A stretch of DNA of 64,000 nt from Octopus sinensis (lineage: Eukaryota). The translations under genes were made by a program, and so were the position numbers. The DNA is taken from NCBI RefSeq assembly GCF_006345805.1, contig NW_021835967.1:1-64000 (forward strand). The letters are read 5' to 3'. Each line of letters begins with the position of its first letter. Position 1 is the first letter of the stretch. Positions 38,474-50,589 of this stretch are shown here, piece by piece. A model generated the notes under the pieces. The model saw nothing but the letters and a program-made list of their open reading frames with translations. It was not told the origin of the DNA and made no database searches.

Positions 38474-39989
38474 CTATATTATATGAACTTTTTGTTCATT
38501 TGTTTTTATTCTTCTCTTTCTCTTTTTAATTAAGAATATATTTTGACCAACAACCTACTTTGTAGCAAGGTTGTGAATGAAAGCATCTTATTTTAACCAT
38601 CACCCTTTGTTTATTTGTGTTTTTGTATGTGTGTATGTATGAGTATCTCCTCGCTCAGTCCCCTTCTCATAAGGTCATATAAGTGTCACCTTTATCCCCA
38701 TACTCTGCCCAGCAAGTAACCACCATCCTTACAAACACCAGTACACTTTGTGGTTATGTAGGTCAGTATCCCAACTTAACTTCTCCTGCTCTCCCTTCAC
38801 TTACCCTTCTGGACTGATAACTTTCAGGTATTTCAAATTTTGTTACTGCTTGTTGTCATGCTGGCCCTATGAGGTGCATCAACTGATTGCACCAATGATG
38901 TAATGTCATGTGTTGCTGAATACTGAAACATATGTAACATACAGAATCAAGGAAGACCAGGTCAATGCCTATGTTCTCTTTTTTCTCTGCCCTTGCATAC
39001 AGCCTTGCTTGTCCCTTGCAACCTTCTCCAGCTGAGCATCCTAACCTTGCAGACACATAAGTGCAGGTACCACATAAAAAGCATCCAGTACACTCTATAA
39101 CGTGGTTGACATCAAGGAGGGATTCTGGCTCTAGAAAGCAGACCAAAACAGACATGGAGCTTGAACAGCCCTTCAGCTCGTGTCAAACCATCCAACCCAT
39201 GCCAGCATGGAAAACGGACGTTAAATGATGATGATGATGATGATGATGATGATTGTTGTGTTCTTTGTATTAGGTTATAGACCACATTTGACTGGGGAGG
39301 ACCCATGTGTACATATGACGGTGGGTGTTTAATGTGATTAACATTAGAGCTGAAACCTGTATGGTTTAACTATTTAGCATTTATATTGGCCATACCGGCT
39401 CTGAAATTTTCTACCTGTTTTATGTTCAAACTGGACAGGTGTGGCCTCTCACATCTACCTAACAGTCACATTATTAAAATCTCAACGCTACAAGATAATG
39501 CATGATTAATTAAAAACAAAGTGAACGAATGTCAATTACATTTGACAGAGTAATATAAACACTAAAAGGTTAATAGTCACGTCTCAAGCACATCCATTTA
39601 TATATGTGTGTGTGTGTTCCTTCAAGATTGCATCTACTAAATCCACTCACAAGGCTTTGGTCAGCCCTGGCATCATTATTTAGCATCTGCAAGGTGGCAA
39701 GCTGGCAAAACCATTAGACTTGTTTATATCAGATGTTGGGAAACCAAAGTGCAATAGAGGACAAGCGTAGTTGTCCTGCTATAGAGGAGATACATTACAG
39801 GGTGACGCCAGTTTTTTTTAAAGAATGGGTGGAAGCAAGGAAGGTGGCAGAATTGTTGGCGTGTGGAACAAAATGCTTAGCAGTATTTCTTCCTTCTGTA
39901 TGTTCTGATTTGAAATTCCGCTGGGATCAAATTTGCCTTTCATCCCTTTGAGGTTGATAAAATAAGTACCAGTTGTGAACTGGGGTTGA

Positions 39990-40228
39990 TATATGTTTCT
40001 TTATTACCCACAAGGCGCTAAACATAGAGGGGGACAAACAAGGACAAACAAACGAATTAAGTCTATTACATCGACCCCAATGCATAACTGGTACTTAATT
40101 TATCGACCCCGAAAGGATTAAAGGCAAAGTTGACCTCGGCGGAATTTGAACTCAGAACGTAACGGCAGACGAAATACGGCTACGCATTTCGCCCGGCGTG
40201 CTAACGTTTCTGCCAGCTCGCCGCCTTT
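39990..40228 (-). mobile_element. Family B SINE monomer with head
   Basis: Head GGCGGCGAGCTGGCAGAAACGTTAGC on the minus strand and a single body. Confidence 0.85.
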
Positions 40229-40312
40229 ATATCAACTGGGGTTGATATAATTGACTTACCCCTGCCTCCAAAATTGCAGGCCTTGTGCCAAAATTTGAAA
40301 GTAATATATATG

Positions 40313-40582
40313 AAGTTTTGAATGGTACAACAATGCACTGTAATACAAACAATAGACTATATACCTGTTGTAATTTAGTCATCCGTAGCCTGATTATATT
40401 TTGGAATAAAATTCCTTCTTCAGATATTCGCGCTGCTATAGATTATAGCAGCAACTCCATCTAAGAATATCTGAAGAAGGAATTTTATCCCGAAATATTA
40501 TCAGACTACGGATGACTAAATTACAATAGGTACATAGTCCATTTTTTTGTATTATAGTACATTGTTGTACCATTCAAAACTT
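40313..40582. repeat. Fold-back inverted repeat (~117-bp arms), Penelope-like, with a hammerhead-like core in each arm
   Basis: 40313-40429 is the reverse complement of 40465-40582. The right arm reads CTGAAGA-AGGAATTTTATCCC-GAAA. The loop has its own hairpin GCTGCTATA-GAT-TATAGCAGC. Confidence 0.8.
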
Positions 40583-40585
40583 TTT

Positions 40586-40828
40586 ATTACTCTTTCACTC
40601 TCTTTTACTTGTTTCAGTCATTTGACTGCGGCCATGCTGGAGCACTGCCTTTTTGTCGAGCAAATCAACCCCAGGATTTATTCTTTGAAAGCCTAGTACT
40701 TATTCTATCGGTCTCTTTTGCCGAACCGCTAATTTACGGGGATGTAAGCACACCACCATTGGTTGTCAAGCGATGTTGAGGGGACAAACATAAACACACA
40801 AGCATATACACACACACACACACACACC

Positions 40829-40875
<47 letters not shown>

Positions 40876-41216
40876 GACAGGCTTCTTACAGTTTCCGTCT
40901 ACAAAATCCACTCACAAGGCTTTGGTCGGCCTGAAGCTATAGCAGAAGACACTTGCCCAAGGTGCCACGCAGTGAGAATGAACCCAGAACCATGTGGTTT
41001 GTAAGCTAGCTACTTACCACACAGCCACTCCTACGCCTATATACATATATACGATAGGCTTCTTTCTGTTTCCGTCTACCAAATCCACTCACAAGGCTTT
41101 GGTTGGCCTGAGGCTATAGTAGAAGACATTTGCCCAAGGTGCCACGCAGTGAGACTGAACCTGGAACCATGTGGTTGGTAAGCAAGCTACTTACCACACA
41201 GCCAATCCTACGCCTA
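40586..41216 (-). mobile_element. Family A SINE with a duplicated head half (41050-41216)
   Basis: Two tandem copies of the head/central domain. Confidence 0.8.
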
Positions 41217-41615
41217 TATTCATTAGATTTTAAAAGGTGAATGATAGCAGATGGTTGGAGATGGGTACAGAGTTGACTGTAGTGAATGGAATAAGGGTGG
41301 AAATGGTCAATGGTAATATAGATGTTAGTAATGCCACTCGGGTGGGGAAGGTCAGCTTTGCCTTTCATTCTGTTTGGGGGCAGGCAATAAATTAAGTCCC
41401 AGATAAGCACTGGAGTTGAAGGAATTGACTTAACCGCCCCGTCCACCAAAATTATATATATATATATGTACAGCATCTTGGGCAAGTGTCTTTTACTATA
41501 CCCTCGGGCCGACTACAGCCTTGTGAGTAGATCTGGTAGACGAAAACCGAAAGAAGCCTTTAGTATATTTATATGTGTGTTTGTGTGTGTATATACATTC
41601 ATATATGTATGAATG

Positions 41616-41692
<77 letters not shown>

Positions 41693-41970
41693 CTGTAATT
41701 GTAATATGTGACAATTATTCGGTAGCCAAGATAGAACTCTGAGTTTCGGATACCGAGGTGGAAATCCACGCCACCATTTAGTTTTATCTTGTCTACTGAA
41801 TAATTGTCACATATTACATTTACAGATAAATTCCTCTATTTACATAATATCGAGGTCTCTTTCTTTCTTTTGTTATCTTACCGTTTTTATCAATATATAT
41901 ATAGACACACACATACATATATACATATACATATACATATATATATATATATATACACACACATACATAT

Positions 41971-42002
<32 letters not shown>

Positions 42003-42077
42003 GTATATATATACAAATGTATATATATATACACACATATATATATATTTAAGAACGCAGAAAAAGACATTTCTGTT

Positions 42078-42120
<43 letters not shown>

Positions 42121-42724
42121 CATACATAACTCTACAGTGTAGTACGCTGCAACTGTTATTAGCGTACAAAAACGATTGTTTTAAACAGAAGATAAAGCAA
42201 GTGGAACAAAAATAGAGAGAAGAAAACAGCAACAAAAATGGACGAAAAGTTATCGTCTGCCTTCCGCCATTTTTTCTCTCCTCCACTAAATCATTATATT
42301 GCATGTACGCTAGTGAAAGTAGAGTGCAACGATGTGTGTAGTGGATTCGCAGCACTATGCGTTGTATATATGTATATATACTATGTCTTCTGCAATATTC
42401 ATTCAAATTATTTGATCAATATTGTCGGGATTTTCCTTCATTTTGCTTTACATTCTCATCACTCTTTGTTCTCACTCGCTCTCTTTCATACAATTTTAGA
42501 CATTTGTTATTATCAGGAGGATCACATCACTATCATTTTCTTTCTTTTTTTTTTACTGATGTATATACTTTTGTTTATACCGTGTATACTTTTTCTACAT
42601 TTCTCTTTTTTATTTATCATTTCATTCTAAGCAAATCCCTGCACTTCATATGTCTGTCTTTGTATTATCACCCCTATCTCGCCCCCCCCCGCCTTGTGGC
42701 AAATACAGAAAGCGTTATTAAAAT

Positions 42725-42787
42725 AAACCATCATCATCATCATTATTATTGTTATTATCATCATTATTATTATTATTATCATTATCA

Positions 42788-42818
<31 letters not shown>

Positions 42819-42862
42819 CATTATCATTGTCATTATTATTATTATTATTATTATCATTATCA

Positions 42863-42896
<34 letters not shown>

Positions 42897-43111
42897 CATT
42901 ATCATTGTTATTATTATTATTATCATCATTATTATTATTATCATTATTATTATTATTATTATTATTATCGTCATCATCATTATTATCATTATTATCATTA
43001 TCATTATTATTATCATTATCATTGTTATTATTATTATCATTATTATTATTATTATTATTATCATCATCATCATTATCATCATTATCATTGTTATTATTAT
43101 TATCATTATCA

Positions 43112-43155
<44 letters not shown>
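42725..43155. repeat. (ATT)n/(ATC)n trinucleotide tract, followed by a CT-rich tract at 43320-43880
   Basis: Direct inspection. Confidence 0.95.
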
Positions 43156-43920
43156 TTTTTTTTTTATAGTTAAAAATGGCTTGCATTCTATTTTATTTTC
43201 TACTCTTATTTTCTTATTTCCTTTTTTCTTTTCGCCTTGTTATTTCTGGCTTAGAGCTTGATTGAAAAACGAAGCAAGAATGAGAGATGGTAGTTTCTGT
43301 TAAATGACTGACCACATATTTTCATATCTCTCTCTCTTTCTCTCTCTCTCCTCCATCTTTCTCTTTCACTTTCTTCCTCTCTACGTCTCACCCCTTCTCT
43401 CTTTCCTTCTCTTCTCTCCTCACCTCTCTCTCTCTCTCTCTCTTTGTCTTCTACCTCTCAGTCTCCCTCTACTTTCTGCTTGCCCCCCTCTCTCTCTCTC
43501 TCTGCCTCTTGTCCCTTTTATGTCTCTCTCCTTCTCCACCTATTCCTTCTTCACTCCTCATTCCAACCCTTCCTCTCTCTCCGTCTCCTTCCCCTTCTCT
43601 CTCTCTTTCCGTATCCCATTTTTTTCTGTCTCCCTCTCCCTCTTTCCTGCTCTCTGTCTCACCCTCTCCCTCCCTTCCTCTTTCCTCTCTACCTCACCCT
43701 CTCTCCCTCTCTTCCCTGCTCTCTGTCTCACCCTCACCCTCTCCCTCTCTTACTCTCTCATTCCTCTGCCTCCCCCTCCTTTCCCTTTCTCTTTCTCTTT
43801 CCCTTTCCCTCTCACTCTATTTCCATCTTCCTTTCTTTCCTCTTTCGCCTTCTCTATGCCTCCCCGTCTTTCTCTCCTGACGAAAGGAAGCAATTATCAC
43901 GGTGCGCCGGCCACACAGAC

Positions 43921-43952
<32 letters not shown>

Positions 43953-44020
43953 GGGGGGTAGAAAAGTATGTAAAAATACACATGGACAAGAGCGTATACT
44001 CATAGAAGACGATACAATAA

Positions 44021-44064
<44 letters not shown>

Positions 44065-44334
44065 TATTATTAATAACGCTATGCCGAAGCGAAATCTTAG
44101 TGCAAAGTATATGCTAGAATGTGTAAGAAGGAAGGTTGATTTTTTTTTTATTGTCTGACCTCTAAACAGGTGAGATTTTAATATATCGACTGGTTTAAAA
44201 CAAACCACCTTCACCTTCACCTGGTCTTTGAAGATCTCAGCAGGTGTGTCCATTTTGTCGCAATCATTCAAGCCAGGCTCCCCCTTCGACCTTTCTCTCC
44301 ACCCCCCCCCCCTTCATGCTCGCCTAAGCATTTC

Positions 44335-44996
44335 ATACTCTCTTTTACTCTTTTACTTGTTTCAGTCATTTGACTGCGGCCATGCTGGAGCACCGCCTTT
44401 TTTAATCGAGCAAACTCGACCCCGGGGCTTATTCTTTTTTGTAAGCCCAGTACTTATTCTATCGGTCTCCTTTTGCCGAACCGCTAAGTGACGGGGACAT
44501 AAACACACCAGCATCGGTTGTCAAGCAATGCTAGGGGGACAAACACACACACGCATATATATATATATTTATATATATATATATATATATATATACTCTT
44601 TTATTCTTTTACTTGTTTCAGTCATTTGACTGCGGCCATGCTGGAGCACCGCCGTTAGCCGAGCAAATCGACTCCAGGACTTATCTTAGTAAACTAGTAC
44701 TTAATCTATTGGTCTCTTTTGCCGAACCGCTAAGTAACGGGGACATAAACACACCAGCATCGGTTGTCAAGCAATGCTAGGGGGACAAACACAGATACAC
44801 AAACACACACACGCATACACACATATATATATACATATACACGATAGGCTTCTTTTCAGTTTCCGTCTACCAAATCCACTCTCACAAGGCTTTGGTCGGC
44901 CCGAGGCTATAGTAGATGACACTTGCCCAAGGTGCCACACAGTGGGACTGAACCCGGAACCATGTGGTTGGTAGACAAGCTACTTACCACACAGCC
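44335..44996 (-). mobile_element. Family A SINE with a duplicated tail half
   Basis: Tail at 44335-44550 and a full copy at 44596-44996. Confidence 0.8.
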
Positions 44997-45220
44997 CTGT
45001 GAGTTTTTTTTTTTAAATCGATTGACTGCGACCATGCTGGAGCACCACCTTGAAGGGTGTTAGTTGAACAAATCGACCCCAGGCCTTGTTTCTTAAGCTT
45101 AGTACTTATTCTATTAGTATCTTTTGCTGAACCGCTGAGTTACGGAGACGTAAACACACCAACACCGGTTGTCAAATGGTAATAGGGGAACAAACAGAGA
45201 CGCAAAGACACACTCTCACA

Positions 45221-45810
45221 CATACCTATTTCTTTACTACCCACAAGGGGCTAAACACAGAGGGGACAGACATAGGTATTAAGTCGATTACATCGACTCC
45301 AGTGCGTAACTGGTACTTAATTTATCGACCCCGAAAGGATGAAAGGCAAAGTCAGCCTCAGAGGAATTTGAACTCAGAATGTAACGGCAGACGAAATACC
45401 TATTTCTTTACTACCCACAAGGTGCTAAACACAGAGAGGACAAACAAGGACAGACATAGGTATTAAGTCGATTACATCGACCCCAGTGCGTAACTGGTAC
45501 TTAATTTATCGACCCCGAAAGGATGAAAGGCAAAGTGGACCTAAGTGGAATTTGAACTCAGAATGTAGCAGCAGATGAAATACCTATTTCTTTATTACCC
45601 ACAAGGGTCTAAACACAGAGGGGACAAACAAGGACAGACATAGGTATTAAGTTGATTACATCGACCCCAGTGCGTAACTGGTACTTAATTTATCGACCCC
45701 GAAAGGATGAAAGGCAAAGTCGACCTCGGTGGAATTTGAACTCACAACGTAACGCAGACAAAATACTGCTAAGCATTTCGCCTGGCGTGCTAACGTTTCT
45801 GCCAGCTCGC
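45221..45810 (-). mobile_element. Family B SINE: head plus three bodies; a further dimer lies at 46400-46846 (TSD TTGCGTACGAC)
   Basis: Same AAATACCTATTTC junction as the other family B arrays. Confidence 0.8.
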
Positions 45811-46084
45811 CAATTGTTGCAGTAGAACTCTTGATTGACGGTCTGGCCCAGGGGGGGGATGATTATTCGGTGCACAATACGACATTTCCAGATGAAATAC
45901 CGCTAAGCATTTCACCCAACATGCTAACGATTCTACCAGCTATTGTTCCTGAAAGTTATATTTTATATTTTCGCTTGAAGCTTACTAACTTCCTACACCT
46001 TGATCTATGGATTATACCTTTACATATCTATCTATTTATATGTATGTGTATATAATATATATACATATATATAGAGTGGGTACA

Positions 46085-46396
46085 GAAATGATACCATATT
46101 TTTCGTGAGAAACTCATGAGTGAGGGGAGCTCGATAAAGAATCCAATTCTTTGTATTTCACTAATCCAGTTGCTTTCACCGAATGTCTTCCCTCAAATGC
46201 TTCAAATTGTTGCCGTAGAACTCTTGATTCACGGTCTGGCCCAGGGGGGGGGGATGATTACTCGGTGCACAATACCACATTTCCAGGTGTGACACTTGTG
46301 GTAAGTGTGGGAGATTTTCCAGATTGCTTATCGTCTTCCGAGGACGTTCTTCCACTTTCGAATCGTCCGTGCCACTGAAAACATTGCGTACGACAC
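46085..46396 (-). pseudogene. Internally deleted mariner (Tc1/mariner) transposase remnant; duplicate fragment at 45815-45890
   Basis: Manual translation gives RTQCFQWHGRFESGRTSSEDDKQSGK (HTH region) and GIVHRVIIP..GQTVNQEFYGNNLKHLREDIR* (catalytic domain, cf. mariner GQTVNxEYY..L..LR). Confidence 0.8.
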
Positions 46397-47384
46397 ATTT
46401 ATTTCTTCATTGCTCACAGGGGGCTACACATAGAGGGGATAAACAAGGACAGACAAAGGGATTAAGTCGATTACATCGACCCAGTGCGTAACTGGTACTT
46501 ATTCAATTGACCCCAAAAGGATGAAAGGCAAAGTCGACCTCAGTGGAATTTGAACTCAGAACGTAACGGTAGACGAAATACCGCTAAGCATTTTGCCCAG
46601 CGTGCTAACGTTTCTTATTTCTTTACTGCCCACAAGGGGCTAAACATAGAGGGGACAAACAAGGACAGACAAAGGGATTAAGTTGATTACATCGACCCCA
46701 GTGTGTAACTGGTACTTAATTTATCGACCCCGAAAGGATGAAAGGCAAAGTCGACCTTGACGGTATTTGAACTCAGAACGTAATGGCAGACAAAATACGG
46801 CTCTGCATTTCGCCCGGCGTGCTAACGTTTCTGCCAGCTCGCCGCCTTGCGTACGACCCATTGCTTCATTATTGTGAACTTGCCAAAGCATGCTCAATGT
46901 CATGTCTCTATAGCAGACTTCCCAAGTTCAACACAAAATTTCACGTTGGCCCTTTGTTCTTATCCATAACAAAATTGCAGACTACAGTCATCATCATCAT
47001 CATTATCATCATCATCATCATCATCGTTTAAAGTCTGTTTTCCATGCTAGCATGGGTTGGACGATTTGACTGAGGACTGGCAAACCAGATGGCTGCACTT
47101 GGCTCCAATCTGATCTGGCAGAGTTTCTACAGCTGGACACCCTTCCTAACGCCAACCACTCCGAGAGTGTAGTGGGTGCTTTTATGTGTCACCTGCATGA
47201 GTTCAAATTCTGCCAAGATCAAATTTGCTTTTCATCCTTTCGAGGTCGATAAATTAAGTACCAGTTACGCACTGGGGTTGATGTAATCGACTTAATCCCT
47301 TTGTCTACCCTTGTTTGTCCCCTCTATGTTTAGCCCCTTGTGAGCAATAAAGAAATAAGGCTATCAGTGACTTTTCTCTCTCTG

Positions 47385-47699
47385 GTCTTGACTCTGTGCA
47401 GACTTTTCTGCCTGTCCCCTGTTGGATCCCTGCTTTTCCTTGCAGCTTCTTTGCAGCCTTTTTTGCAGCATGACACCCTAATGTTCTGCTTGAGGGAAGG
47501 CCTTTCTCTCCCAGGTCGTGTTGGTTTTGAATTGTTTCTGCAACTTTGTTTTTCTTTTGTTAGGACGGTTTAGGGAGAGAAAGGCCTTCCCTCAAGCAGA
47601 ACATTAAGGTGTCATCCAGCAAAAAGGCTGCAAAGAAGCTGCAAGGAAAAGCAGGGATCCAACAGGGGACAGGTAGAAAAGACTGCACAGAGTCAAGAC
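47385..47699. repeat. Near-perfect fold-back (~128-bp arms, 60-nt loop) of otherwise non-repetitive sequence
   Basis: 47385-47512 versus 47573-47699: about 5 mismatches and 1 indel by eye. Confidence 0.9.
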
Positions 47700-48399
47700 T
47701 TGCTGCCTAAACTCCAACTGGAATTGCAATTAAAATTGCAGGTGTGTTAGAGCTGCCTTTATGAGGATTGGCTATGGACAGTGTTTAAGTTGAGCAGGTA
47801 TGTCCTGGTACTCCTTAGGTTGCAAAGACAAGGGTTCTAGTTGACCCGGTCAATGGAACAGCCAGCTCATGAAATTAAGGTGCAAGTGGCTGAGCACCCC
47901 ACAGACATGTCTACCCTTAATGTAGTTCTCAGGGAGATTCAGTGTGACACACAATGTTACAAGGCCGGCCCTTTGTAATACAGGTACAAGTCATTCTCAC
48001 CAGGTGAGTGGACAGGAGCAATGTGAAATAAAGCGTCTTGCCCAAGGACACAACACGTCACTGGGAATTGAACTCACATCCTTATGATCATCAGCTGAAT
48101 ACACTAACTACTAAACCACATGCCTGATATGTACATAACAGAATAAAAGTAGAGACTAGCAAACAACTAGCACCTGTATTTACATTATTTACATTTGACA
48201 GATATTTGTCCTCATATACCCACAGGCATATGGCGTAGTGGTTAAAAGTGAGGGCTACAAGCCTATAATTACTTATGTAATTTTTTCATCCATAGACTCT
48301 TCAGTACAATCGTTCCAATTCAGTATAATTTGTAGAACTAAACACTAGTTGTCCTTATAAAATTAGACGTGTGCATAGTTCTACCGATTACATTGGAGT

Positions 48400-48582
48400 T
48401 TTTTTTCAAATGTCTAAGATCTGGTGTGCTAAATTCCGGAAACAGTTCTGTAGTTAATGTTGTGTAAATGGGCAAAAAATGTGTAAAATTTGAATGAAAT
48501 TGTTTGTGTAGTTCTCAAGTTTTAGGGATTCACACAGACAGACAGACAGATAGACACACTTTCTCAGTTTTATATATATAGA
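48400..48582 (-). mobile_element. Helitron/DINE-like 5' end
   Basis: Minus strand a^TCTATATATATAAAACTGAGAAAGTG(TCTG)n...CAATTTCATTCAAATTTTACAC. Confidence 0.55.
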
Positions 48583-48625
48583 TATATATATAATCAAAAT
48601 AAGCAACAAGGATATCCTGAGGTAA

Positions 48626-48712
48626 TGCAGTACGATTGTTTCATACAACTCCATTTAATTGAACAATGCAATCATTACATCAATTTAAAATGCAGAGCAA
48701 TCTTCAGCTGCA
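48626..48712 (-). ncRNA. Type I minimal hammerhead ribozyme (PLE-type)
   Basis: TGCAG-CTGAAGA-[long bulged stem II]-GAAAC-AATC-GTA-CTGCA: 5-bp stem I and an intact core. Confidence 0.6.
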
Positions 48713-49091
48713 CAAAGACATAGAATTTAATTAAATTAGAACAGATGGACACATTAGTATAATTATACCTAAAATATCCAAGAAGTTAAGGAGATAGACA
48801 AAGAACATGCTGCTTCTCTCCAGGTCTAGTCAACCAGCTGGCTACATTTTTCTGTCTGTCTCTCTCTGTCACTCTGTTTGTCTAGCTATAGCTTTAAAAA
48901 ATTTTTTTTATTATATCCCCCCCTTATTTTGTCCTCTTTCTTTCCATTTACGATCCCTTTTGATCGAAAACCAAACCCCCTTCTTTTATCCCCCCCCCCC
49001 CAAAAAAAGCTCTACCTTGTAATTTTGTCCTGTCTGTGTGCCCTGTGTGGCTTATAAAGAAACATATCTATCTATCTGTCTGTCTCTCTGC

Positions 49092-49133
<42 letters not shown>

Positions 49134-49218
49134 GTCTGTCTACCTGTCTGTCTCTCTGCCTATCTACTTATTTATCTATCTATCTATCTATCTATCTGTC
49201 TGTCTGTCTGTCTGTCTA

Positions 49219-49323
<105 letters not shown>

Positions 49324-49350
49324 CTGTCTATCTATCTATCTATCTAGCTA

Positions 49351-49430
<80 letters not shown>

Positions 49431-50078
49431 ACTAACTAACTTTCTATCTATCTCTCATTACAGATACAACACAAGAAGAGTGATACACGGGTACGTACGC
49501 ACACACACACACAAGGATGGACGTACAGTTGAGAAGGAAAAACGACGAAAGAAAGAAAGGAAGAAAGAAAGAAGTAACAAAACAACCGGTTACTACCCAT
49601 GCTACTACCATTCCAACGAGGGCTAGTCATACCAAAGGTGGTGGAGAAGGGATGCAGGGAAGAGATCCGAACGGCATTTAAGATAGCAAAAACACAAACA
49701 AAACCTCCCACAGAGAAGCGAAAGAGCCGCGTTGACAACGGGTATTCTTAGGTTAATAATACCAGACAGAGTTGTTATTGCTTGAGAATACACGTAATCG
49801 ACTGGTCTCTCCAAACAGCACAAATCTTCTTCTTCTTCTTCTTCTACGACGCCGGGCACCCGTAATTAATGACCATCGTCTGCTACGCCACCTGCTAAGC
49901 CTTCTGCTGCTTCCTCACCGCATCATCATGGACGTCCTCGAAAAATACTACGACTCGGCTGTTTTTCCTCTTCTTCTCTCAGTGTCTCTCTGTCTCTCTG
50001 TCATTTCTATATCTGTATGTCTGTCTGTGTGTCTCTCTCTCTCTCCTTGTCTTTCTCTCTTCTGTGTCATATACTCAC

Positions 50079-50115
<37 letters not shown>

Positions 50116-50234
50116 TATATATATTATATATATATATTATATATGTATATATAACAATAAATATTAGGGAATAAATCCAAATTTACAAGGAAAAATCAGA
50201 TTTAAGATTGAATTCAATTTTATAATAAAATATT

Positions 50235-50515
50235 ATATTATAATAAATTAGAGACAAAACCACTATTATGCAAATCAAACAAAGAAAGACTTAAGCCAAT
50301 ACATAAAATATAAAATAATTTATAAATTAAATTTAACAAATGAATAACCACTACGATCGTTTCGTGTCAGCACATCTTAGACATTCTTCAGGTGGTTTCG
50401 TAGTGGTTATTCATTTGTTAAATTTAATTTATAAATATTTTATATTTTATGTATTGGCTTAAGTCTTTCTTTGTTTGATTTGCATAATAGTGGTTTTGTC
50501 TCTAATTTATTATAA

Positions 50516-50518
<3 letters not shown>
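50235..50518. repeat. Fold-back inverted repeat (~120-bp arms, 41-nt loop), Penelope-like
   Basis: 50235-50356 is the reverse complement of 50398-50518. Related sequence occurs at 59165-59360. Confidence 0.85.
50346..50397 (-). ncRNA. Type I minimal hammerhead ribozyme (PLE-type)
   Basis: AACCAC-CTGAAGA-A-TGTC-TAAGATGTGCT-GACA-C-GAAAC-GATC-GTA-GTGGTT: perfect 6-bp stem I, 4-bp stem II, palindromic stem III (ACGATCGT) and GUA triplet. Confidence 0.75.
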
Positions 50519-50564
<46 letters not shown>

Positions 50565-50589
50565 AATATATATACACACACATACATAT

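Noticed and set aside
38805-38915. Minus-strand GTAAGT donor with upstream acceptors
   Set aside because: All three frames from the best acceptor contain stops.
42357-43261. Poly-Y/H, poly-I and poly-L ORFs
   Set aside because: They are translations of the (ATT)n/(ATC)n microsatellite.
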